DNA of 64,000 nt from Pocillopora damicornis (taxonomy: Eukaryota), in assembly GCF_003704095.1 (NCBI RefSeq), contig NW_020845131.1, positions 124,001 to 188,000 on the forward strand, written 5' to 3'. The translations under genes and the position numbers were made by a program. Every line of letters begins with the position of its first letter. Within the stretch, counting starts at the first letter, position 1. Below the pieces are notes generated by a model. The model saw only the letters and a list, made by a program, of their open reading frames with translations. It had not been told where the DNA came from and searched no databases. Of the stretch, positions 37,459 to 47,821 are shown piece after piece.

Positions 37459-38345
37459 GTAATGAGAAAGCTTAGCTGAAAGAGAGAATCCTCTCACTAT
37501 TTTGTTTAAATCTTAGCCAACGTCCCTGGAAAATGTTGTCACATTGTCCGGAGTGATAGGACTGAATGGGGATGCTGAATTTCTGGCAATTATGAAGGAT
37601 CAAAAAGGATATGTTCCGTGTTTGGATTCTTTACGATTTTAAAGTGTCTTTTCAAAAGACATTTGGCGTTTTTCTCACTGGAAACTGTTTTCGTATGTTT
37701 TCATCCAATAACATGTAGGTGCGCAGTGGAGGGGGTATAATGTACTTTGAATCAAGATTCACACGGAAGAACGTTTGCTTAGCCACCTGATTGAGCACAT
37801 TAGGGCCTGTGATTGCTGAGCTACATTAGCTCATCTAATTAGCTCATGCTAAGCAGGGCTTGTCAAAAGCATCGCCATTTGGCTATATTTTGGAGATTAA
37901 CAATTTCTGGTTAGATATCTGGCTTTTTTCTTTTTTTTTTTTAATTCAACTTAAATTCTATTTAAGGAACTCACCAACCTTTTCCAGTGTTAGCAGGGAA
38001 GAAATAATCGTCCGTAACTTTAATTCAGCAACCATTTGTTAAAACCGGAATGGTTTTAATTACCTAATACGAAAAAGACCCATTTCAGATGAATAACCTT
38101 TACTATTTGTATGAAGAGCTAACATTGTAATTGGTCACTTTCTTAGGGTAAACGAGAGTCCGCAGTCAGAAACTGTCTTACCGTCTAGCGGTCTTTGTAC
38201 ATTTAATAACGCTTGACGCTGGTGCTCTAAGTATCTTTGGTTCAAAAATTTAACTCAATTTCACTGAAATTGTGGTAATCCATAGCGCACTTTGTTCCAC
38301 TGAATATCCATTCCAAAAGTTGACTTCCTACTTTGAAATTTTCAG

Positions 38346-38438
38346 GGTGCAGATCCCGATGGAGAAGACCCAGATGGGAAAAAATTGATGGACACTGCGA
38401 AAGACGAGAAGATAAAAACCATGTTGAAGAATGCTTAA
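38346..38438 (+). CDS. MTPN: Myotrophin-like, exon 4 (last coding exon)
   Basis: ATTTTCAG|GADPDGEDPDGKKLMDTAKDEKIKTMLKNA*, aligning with myotrophin GADKTVKGPDG..IKALLQ. Total 119 aa. Confidence 0.85.
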   Translation, partial: GADPDGEDPDGKKLMDTAKDEKIKTMLKNA

Positions 38439-41005
38439 ACTTTTGGTAAGTTGATTACTAATGTGGATGCAGTTTGATCATTCACATATACTACATGGCA
38501 ATCATTCAAAATACCCTCCTGTATGGTTATTGAAAAGACAAAGCTCGATATTTAAGGGGTGAAATGGTTATTTATAGCAAACTCCTCGATTCTTTTTTTT
38601 CTTTTTTATTCCTTTTTTTTTTTCATTTTGTAATTTCTTCTTAATCTTACCTTCAGGAAAAGACGCAGCCAGGCTGAAGGGTTGAACATAGTATGAAATA
38701 AAAGTACATAAGCGATGTTTGAGAAATAACAAAGGAATTGACCATGTCTGAGTAGGCTGAATAGTTCTGTTTGGTGCATTTATACCGTCTGCGAATGGGA
38801 AAATAAACGCTTTGAGTAATGGCAACTTACCATAACATGACATCATTCATAAATTGCGCGCTGTAAAAGAAATGGGACTACTTGTAATGCTACGGCTGGT
38901 TTACTAGAAAAAGCTTGAACACCTTGTAAGCTATTTTCCAGATAGTTGCGACTTTTTTCTCTTTCATCTTACTTGTCAGTGATGTTGCAAACAATGTTGA
39001 GCTCAGTCGAAAGAAGAAAAATGGTAAAAAAAAACACTGTCACATGTTTAGTATATTTAAAGAAACTGAGCTCTTCTAAATAGGTAAAATTATGATTATT
39101 TCTTGAATTTAACATGTAGCAAAATTTGTGTTGTTGTGTGCTGGATTGATCTTATGTTCTGGGTTCACGAAAGGCTTGATGTTGGCTCTGTAGCCGGAAA
39201 TAATTGATTAAATTTCAAGTTAAGATAGCATAAAAGACACAGTTTCAATCACGATATTGATTTTACATATACACATAAACCAGGAATCAAGACGTCATAC
39301 TTTAATTGGCTTGAAATAAAACGGCGTAATTTATTCTGCTCTCTTATGATACTTTGTATTACTTCCTTTGTTAGCGTGATCCTTCGGAAATTAGCACAGC
39401 ATGATTTGTAGCAAAGAAAGAACTGATTTTGTCCCCGGCACTTATCTGATGTAAGATCGGCTTGCTTTGAGTCGATCTTCGTGAAAATTGAGGTCTCTCA
39501 CGCCTAATTGTTTCCGCGTTTTTTAATTCGACGACGCTGTGAAGGTCTCGGTAATTCAGTGGGAGCAAAAATATATTGAGCTACTCTTCTTGTGGCAGAA
39601 GTGGTTGCTTGAGTAATTAATTGATCCTTTTCCTTGAGTGTCCCTCTCCAAATAACTTTTGATTCAGATTTCGAGCAAGGGGACTTTTCAAGAAATAAAA
39701 CTGAGAAAAAATTTCGAGAGAAGTTGACTTCTCTTTGGCACTTGGAGAGATTTTCTCTAAAGGAAATCGCACTTTAGCTAGTTTTCCTTGAAAAGTTTTC
39801 ATTGCTGGTGCATAGTTCTCCTTGCATCAGCTTTCATTCCTGCTGCATAGAAGGATCAACGCTTCCCTGTCGAGTGATTTGGGCGAGAAAACAAAATGAA
39901 ATTAAATCATTGCAGGTTTACATGACTTTCCCTCTACTTACTTCGTCATTCTGCCCACTTAGGCATCTTAGCCATATAAGCCGCCTTCCTCCAAAGCAAA
40001 GTTTAGATACCTAAAATCGCTTTATCCTACCAAGCCGAAAAGAAGTGCATTCTCAGGCTGATCGTTATTACTGCGACTACCTATTTTACAACAGGCCAGA
40101 GAATATGCTAGAAGACGACTAATTGAGACATTTTTCAAGATTTTAAGGTTTTTTGACTGTCAATGACCTCCCGAACTGCCTAAGAACTCTAATATCTTCA
40201 CTTTTAAGCTACTAAACTTAATCCGACAAGCATCAGTTGCAGTTAAACTCATCGTCAGCGTATAGTAAGTGGTGTGTTCAAAAGCGTGATGCAAGTGACA
40301 ACAAACAAAACACATTTTCCTCCCTACGTAAGAAGATCAATTCGTCTGTGGATCCTCATCCTTATCTCATTCAATGGTCTAAATTATGTTGTTACTGAAT
40401 GACAATTTAAAACACTGACCATAAAATTCCTTAATATTATCAAAAATGATTCTCTCAGAGCTGACTCCATAATCATCACTTTTTTAAGAACCATTACCTG
40501 GCTCGTCTTTCCGTCAAACTTCAAACTGTACCATCGCACGCCAAAAAAAAGAAACCCCCCCTGTCACTTTACTGAATTAACATCGATATCACTAATACCT
40601 CTTCATCATGAAGTTAACAATGAATAAAAACAATACAGCTACAACAGGAAACAAATTAAAATTATTTTGAATTAATAGGAATTTTCCCGTATATAGGTTT
40701 GATGTCAAGTTAAATTAGTCTTAACTTAAAGTGCTACATCAATAACCAGTTAGCCATGGTGATTTTACCTCTTATGAATAATCAATGTAAACATATAACC
40801 ATACCAATACTCTATCGATACGATTGCTGAGTAAGAGAGTCCAATTTTTTGGAATGTTTTATTGATCTTATATTTTAAATGTGTGAAGTGTTTAAGGTCA
40901 GCTGGAGTGAAGTCAGCTGGAGATGAGCGAAATAATCAAACGACGCACACAATGAACATCTGTCAATGATGCAAATACAAGAGCGGATAATTTTTTTGTT
41001 GTTGT

Positions 41006-41623
41006 TCAGAGATCCTCTTTTGAAACAGTAAAAAATCTACGTAGTACGTAAACTTGAGCAATACCAACCGAAACAATGACAAATGATTGTCCTACTGACC
41101 ACCACTGAACTCTTTGCTTTAAATATTCGGCGGCCATTCGGGTGTTTGCTTCTCGTAACCTGTAATAATTTTGATATCTCTCGATCAAGTTCATATTTTC
41201 GTGAATATTTAGGAAAGACTTCTCGAAGAGAGTCAAGGCTGTTTGTGTTCCGCTGACTCCATCATAGCCCAATTCGTCTTCATTCCCTTTGACTAGATCG
41301 AAGTAAACAAGATTTTCGCCAATAGAGAAGTCAAAAACGTTACTGAAGCAGATTGCGTACGTTCCGTTCATGGTAACGTTAAATTTGTGGAGATCATAGT
41401 CCTTCTTTTCTTCTTTGTAAATAACGTCGCTGTCGGGTCCTTCGATGTACACGTCTATGCGAGGATCGGCGCCGGTGATAGGTGCATATTCCAGCGAACA
41501 TTCCGTGTTTTCCACCAGGTCCTCGTAGAAGCATTCGAAGCCGCTAAGTTGAAATTGCAGATGGCGGCTATTTGCAGGTATCAAGTGTAAACACAGCGCA
41601 AAAATTACGGTCAAAAGGCGCAT
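41006..41623 (-). CDS. TMED7: p24-gamma family (TMED3/TMED7-like) GOLD-domain cargo receptor, single exon, 205 aa
   Basis: Signal peptide MRLLTVIFALCLHLIPA; GOLD Cys pair ECFYE..GTYAICFSN..VYFD; coiled coil YQNYYRLREA; TM VQWWSVGQSFVIVSVGIAQVYVL; tail RRFF. First ATG at 41623 (the ORF-track start at 41641 is GTG). Confidence 0.92.
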   Translation of the reverse strand: MRLLTVIFALCLHLIPANSRHLQFQLSGFECFYEDLVENTECSLEYAPITGADPRIDVYIEGPDSDVIYKEEKKDYDLHKFNVTMNGTYAICFSNVFDFSIGENLVYFDLVKGNEDELGYDGVSGTQTALTLFEKSFLNIHENMNLIERYQNYYRLREANTRMAAEYLKQRVQWWSVGQSFVIVSVGIAQVYVLRRFFTVSKEDL

Positions 41624-41814
41624 CTTAGCGTCGTTGTTCACGCTTCAAGGGGCAGAAATAGGGCCAAATTTGTCGAGTCGTGTACTGGAGCAAAACAAGC
41701 GAGCCTCACGCTATGTAAAGGTTCTGAGGGTGTCAAACGATTTCCTCCATGTCTGGTTGGAGTAATATTCAAAGTAAGTTTTGTTTAAAGGAAATTTGCA
41801 TTCGAAAGGACAAG

Positions 41815-41849
41815 GCCACGTGGCGATTTATGAACGCACGCGCGATTGG
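41815..41849 (-). promoter_or_regulatory. G-box palindrome GCCACGTGGC plus CCAAT box upstream of the TMED gene
   Basis: GCCACGTGGC at 41815-41824 and ATTGG at 41845-41849, ~190-225 bp 5' of the ATG in a CpG-rich patch. Confidence 0.45.
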
Positions 41850-42104
41850 CACCTTCTCGACCTTGAATTGTTCAGTTTCCTCGTTACCGCCGTTTCTTCT
41901 CTAAATATTGAACCTAATACGAAGAACTTTCAGGCAAAAAGCGGACAATGTTCTCTTATTACAGTTTAATTCCTCAATCCATTGCAAGTGAAAATGTCTA
42001 CCGATCCCAGCTGACAGGAAAAAGCAAAAGAAATTTTCTAGAATTTAAATTGATTATTAAACGTAAAGCGAAGCAGAATGCGACCCCTCTAGGTAGTCTA
42101 TATA

Positions 42105-42300
42105 AGAGGGTTTCAATGATAAAGCGACAAAAAAGAATTAATCGTTAGGCGTAAAAATTAACAGATGTTAACCGCTAGTCGTGAAAGAAGTTAACCAAAA
42201 AATATTTCTTTCATTGCAACGGGGAAAAAAACCGTACGCCACAAAAAGGGCCAAATCTTAAACCGCTGGCCGTAAGAGCCATCGCACCATTGCGACCCTT
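42105..42300 (+). mobile_element. MITE copy A (GAGGGTyTCAATG..CATTGmGACCCT termini)
   Basis: AGAGGGTTTCAATG and CATTGCGACCCTT are inverted termini. Internal AACCGTTAG-like subrepeats. Confidence 0.6.
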
Positions 42301-42547
42301 ATAAAATTTTAATTGATGTCATGGTGTAACTAAGATTTACGAGGTTTATTTCTATTTAAAAGGAAAGACAGATAAATTTTAAGCGAAGCCACTAAATACG
42401 AGCAACATAACCACTCAAAATAGCCAGTTTCCTGGGTAACGTTAATATATCAATTCATCAAAATGACAATGCACATAAGAAAAAAAAAATAATTAAGCTC
42501 ATTCATTGAAGAAGCTTGAGTGATAAAGGCTTAACGTGTGCATATTA

Positions 42548-42759
42548 GAGGGTCTCATCATGCTGACGGCTTTTACAGCTAAACGGTAAAATTTTGGCCA
42601 ATTTAAGGCTAACGAATAACATGTTCCCATTGCTGTCACCCGCAATTTTTTATGGTTACCTTTCTTCACGACTAACGGTTAAAATTTGTCAATTGTTGCG
42701 CTTAACGGTTTATTGTTTTGGCTGTGGTACGGCCAGTGGTTAACCCCACTAAGACCTTC
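42548..42759 (-). mobile_element. MITE copy B, same family as copy A, opposite orientation
   Basis: Ends GAGGGTCTCA and TAAGACCTTC. Its reverse complement aligns with copy A, e.g. TTAACCG(C/T)TAGTCGTGAA..TAACCA. Confidence 0.6.
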
Positions 42760-44379
42760 ATTTTATCCTCATGTGTAGTTATGGTTAGACAGACAGAAAC
42801 CCTTACGCGAATAACTGACTATTTTCATAGAGTTGCCGTGTTCAAGCTATTCAATCTCGTGATGAGGCTCGTCACCGATAACGTTTGACAATCGAGGAAA
42901 AAGCTCAACCACTGTAGTGTGCAGCTAATGGGTGTATTTATACGTCCCCTGTATGGAATACTAGTCTATTGCACGTTATCGACCTCCTTTCAGGGAGGAG
43001 ATCGTCGTATACGTCACTGACGTATATAATATAAATTATAACTCATCGAGAAGATAGAAATGACTATAAAAATATCTTGGCGGTGATGAACATCTTGGTT
43101 GCCGTATCAATCTTGTTGACGAGGTCATACTCATAACGACTCAAGTATAAGGTTTCGCCTGTGTCGTTGAATATGTGAATCAAAGAATGAATGAATGAAT
43201 TTATGAATGTGACTGGATGGTCACATTTCATCCTCTGATTTCAACAATTACTCGCATCTTGCAATACCATCTTCATTTCAGTTAATTTAGCTTGCTTCGT
43301 ATTTCTGTAATATATTAGTGCTTTACGAAAGTAATCACATCAAAAGAACTCATTTCCCCTGTTACTTCTTTGGTATTCATCATTATTTAAGGTGTCTGTA
43401 AGCTGTCCGATGCATAGTGTACCTATGATAGTTATAAATCTTCCCATCTTTTAGACGCACTTTTTCAGTAATTTCTGTTTTACTCTTGCCTACATCCGTT
43501 TCTATCTCCTCTAACGAGAAGGTTTTAACCAGATATGAAGTTAAAAATTTGGTCAAGTATGAAGCCTTCTATTCAGAGACAAAGGGTAGTGCGTTGAGTA
43601 GCGAGACAGGGGAGCATATGTGAAAATATAATAAGTACTAATTTAAAGAACAAACAAAATATATGGAGATATCGGCGGAAAGAAAGGCTGTAAATATACG
43701 AAAATAAAGGAGGAGATCAAATCACTGAGAAGAAGAAGAAGTATTAAAATGTGATTCTCTTGCTATTTGATTAGATTCTTCTCCTCTGAGGGTATATCTT
43801 CTTTGACCACATATGTTTTGTAAACACAATATCACACTGATGAATATATTTTTATTATCATTGATAAAATTGGTTCTTCTTAGCCTTCAATTATTTTATT
43901 GAGAGTATTCCACTGTGCTCCTGCCTCCTCAATAGTATTTGAAAATTATCAGCAGCAATGCTAGCTGCTACAAAAATGTCGATTTAAGTGGTAAAAGTGA
44001 TATTATAGAGTTCAAAGTATTTTCAATGAAAACCAGACGATTTCAAATAATGAGTTAAAATAGATACCGCAGTCAAGCTTTTAATCTTCGAATATCTCTT
44101 AGCTAGTCCATTTGTATTGTATTGTCTTTTCAATTTCTAACAAGTAACTGCATGCTGTACACCAATGAATACATACATATAACTTCCCATTATAAGATCA
44201 GCCACGAACACCCCGTAGCAGAGGCTTTCTACTTGGTCGGAAAATAGTTTTTCCTTTTTAGTTATAATCTCTGTACAATGTATAGCTAATTCAGGAGATT
44301 AATGTGACTGAAAAATACAAACAAAACAAAAGAAAACGCTAAAAAGTTATTCAATTAAATTTTCAAACATAATTCGCGA

Positions 44380-44743
44380 TTACAAGTTGTCCAATGCAAG
44401 CCGACTAGAATAGATCGGTTCAAAAGCACTTGTCTGTGAAGACAAACTCAGAGGAGTAACTTGTGTATGGTTACTGGTGCACGTGCTGGTACATGGATGA
44501 GGACTTCCCGAAACATATGCTGGGTACGTTTGGAGCGGCGCGTATGAACGGTGAAACTGAGCATGTGCATGAGCGTGCACGTGAAGGTCTTGAAAGTAAG
44601 CTGCAGACACCGAAGGCTGTGGCGTTGGAATGACTGGGGCTTGTGGAATAAGGTAAGGGAAGTGAGATCGTAGTTCATCATAGCTGAACATCATGGACCG
44701 TCCTGGTCCTTTCATTTTCATCATTCCGTCTTGATCCAGACCC
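44380..44743 (-). CDS. SIX1: Six1/2-like homeobox gene, exon 2 (Pro/Ser/His-rich C-terminus)
   Basis: Acceptor ATGCCTTTTCCAG|G at 44744/44743, phase 2. In frame with ORF 44380..44724 (GLDQDGMMKMKG..LALDNL*). Confidence 0.8.
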
Positions 44744-47021
44744 CTGGAAAAGGCATAAATGGAGAGTTAACTTTAATTTAACTTATTTTTATCAGCACCC
44801 ATATCATTACACTTTTACACTTTTTATTCATCAGTAGCATGGTGGTGTTGTCATTCAAGCGACTTCAAAGATTATCCAAAGCTATAATTTAATCAAGAAT
44901 GTTCTTCGATCCTCATCTTTTATCAGGCCAAAGAGGCAAATAGTATAAAAAAACAACAACAACAATAAATAAAACACTAATATTATCATACAATACAGAA
45001 ATTATACAAATATATATTCTATTCCATATTATATTCATATTCTATTCTGCGACTCAAAGAAATATATACGAAGCAAAGGGGCTGACAATGAAAAGTCAGT
45101 TATAACATGTTTCGCTTGAAATGACAACAAATGAGGACGCGGAACCATAAGTGGCACCAGAGGAACTACAAAAGTCGCCTTAACATCGGCAATAAAGCAT
45201 GAGAAATTTTGAGATTTAGGTCATATTTTCACGTAACAGCATAGAGGGCGACTATGAATAGTCACGTTTCATGCATTTTTTCTACAACGACGACATGATG
45301 TGTATACAATACCGAATGTGATACGTACAGTGCAGCATTGTGTTGAAAATTAGAATAAATTGCGGAAATTTCAGGCAGTAAGAATTGTAATTCTACCGTA
45401 TGCTTTTGGAAGCGCGACAAAAAACTTCTGTATTGATGTCAATAAGTATCGAATCTCGTGCTTTGATGATGGCTGAAGCCATTAGCTAATATTGTCGGTT
45501 GGTTTTTCAACGCGCAGGTGCACAAATACGCGCGAGGCTTTAAAATGAAAAGTAAACAGCGCTAAAACTTCCTATCCATTTGGACCGGGTAAATGATTGA
45601 AGCATGAGTATCAAAACTGTTGATTCAGTGATACGATTTCTGCCCGCACACAAACACTGGTGAAGTTTACGCAGCAGCACTGGCCATCGATATGAAATCT
45701 GATCTCTTTTTACAGGGAAAAACAAGGAACGAAATATTCATAACTTAATATGTATATGTATATTTTCAATGGACAATGTATTGGGCAAAATGTAGTTCTA
45801 AGCTTTTCATTTCTTCAGAAATGAACATTTATGATAATTAAGGTAAAAATCGACTTCACATTGAAGAATGGGGTATTCATTAAGCTTTTCACATAAAATC
45901 AATCCAACAATCTGATGTTAATGTCTTCGTTTTATAAGTGTTTAACATTCATTTCTTTCTCGTAGTAATTACTTCGCCTTTTTTAGCTCCTTTTGTTTTC
46001 TCGTAGACTGAACAAGGAGAAACATTTTTATGGCGGTAATCAATTCGAGGAAATCTTAATAGTGTATTCATTGAATATTCTAGACATCACTGGAATTGCC
46101 ATTCAATACAAGACTTTATGCAGATTCGATACATTGTACAATGCACCGCTAGTTCTCATGTCAGAAGTGTCTAAAAACACACGTTCTCCTTTTGAAACTG
46201 AATGATTTCAACGTAAAGAGCGTGCAATAGGAGACGCAGATGCCGAATGCCCTTTTTGCAAATACTCTGTTTTGTAATTAGCGGCTTGCGATTCAGTTCT
46301 TTGTCGGTCAATGTTTCGGGGATAATCGGAACCTATTAACATCTTATCGGCTGGAATAGGGTGTTAATAGGCGCTTAAAGGGTTAAGCAATGACTCCCTC
46401 CTTAAACAACTTTGCAGAAATTAACATAAGAGTAAAGGATGGTTATCACTGGAGAAAAATAATGAAAAACTGATACACGAGTATCGCAAATTTGACCATA
46501 ACACAAATGTATCATTATTAAAGAAGAATTTCAAAAAGCATTATCAATATTTCCGTTTAATCTTAGAATGAAATCGCACTTCTATCTTCGCACTAAAATG
46601 CTACCTTCAGAGGAAATGAAGGTATTTTACTTGTATTTAGTTTTTCTCGCACAGATCTCATCAAAAACGTGATAATCAAAGATAAAGATAGGTTCAAATA
46701 TTTCTGAACGATTGAAACACTGATAGATAATCGAAACAAGGTTATTTCTACTCTCAGTTGATTTTAGCTAGTATCTGTAACGGAAACTCACTAATTTTCT
46801 TTTAAGGAGCTATTAATGAGCAACCAGAAACATGAGCTAGAATAAAGAGTTAAAAAAAACTCTTAAAATGTAAAGGTAACCAGTAAGATAAATCTTTGGT
46901 CTAGTTCACAGCCATGCAAATGAAACACAAAAGCGAAATCGTGACCTCTCATGATCATACATTTTCAAATAAACATGTAAAAGAAAATAAACTGGTCTAA
47001 ACGAGTGAGGGACTAACCTAC

Positions 47022-47821
47022 CCTTTTCTCATTTCTGCAGCGCGCACTCGTTGTCTCTTGTTCTTAAACCAGTTACTGACTTGTGTTACAGTGAGATCAG
47101 TCATCTTCGCTAGCTCATACTTCTCACGAGGAGTGGGATATGGATTGTCGGTGTACGCCTTGTTCAGAATGTTCCTCGATTTCTCCTTGAAGCAGTAAGT
47201 GGTCTCCTCGCCGTCCCAAATCGTCCGAGGGAGAGGGTACTTTCTTCGCACACGATATTTCCCTACAGCTCCCAAAGGCCTGCCACGTTGCCTTTCCGCT
47301 TCGATGTAGTGTGCTGTCCTCCAGAGACACTGTAGTCGTTCATGGTTCTCTTTGGAGAACTTGTTGCTCTCGAGTATTGCGTACAATTCCTTGAAGTTGT
47401 TCTGATAGAAGTGAACAACAGCTTTCGAGACAAGAATTGTCTCGGTAGTTTTCTCGTCGCTTTCTATATCTACGGGTAAGGACCATAGAAATCGCGAAAG
47501 GCGATCTATCTCTCCGTTATTCTGGAGAAACTGGCAAACTGAAGCAACTTGACCTGAAGAGAATGGACAAGGAAGCATATCAGCAAAGTAAGGAGCTGTG
47601 TGTTTTACGCCTCGGTCGTTCAACGTGTTTCCTTCAAGGGTCGCCGTGAATGAACGTATACGGTGTTGCACAGTCGTATTATATAGAGGTCTCAACTCGT
47701 GATCAAGGAACGATTTTGTTTCGGCACAGGTTCGAGGCTTTGTTGACTTATCTAAACATTCCCGCTTTTTAAATGGTATTGTCCAAGCCATAAGTTTAAC
47801 AAAACCCCTTTTAGTGGACAT
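47022..47821 (-). CDS. SIX1: Six1/2-like (sine oculis class) homeobox gene, exon 1 (SIX domain + K50 homeodomain); alternative start ATG 47578
   Basis: [76 protein letters not shown] and PREK are Six1/2 features. Donor GG|GTAGGT at 47022/47021, phase 2, just after the homeodomain as in bilaterian Six1/2. Confidence 0.93.

Noticed and set aside
41006-41020. KEDL as a functional ER-retrieval (KDEL-receptor) signal
   Set aside because: It lies after the transmembrane helix on the cytosolic side, where the lumenal KDEL-receptor pocket cannot reach it.
46332-46386. Intronic 16-bp-stem hairpin in the Six intron as a miRNA or structured RNA
   Set aside because: Only ~40 nt, and it abuts GGCGCTTAAAGGGTTAA, a TTAA-MITE-type terminus, so it is more simply a transposon end.
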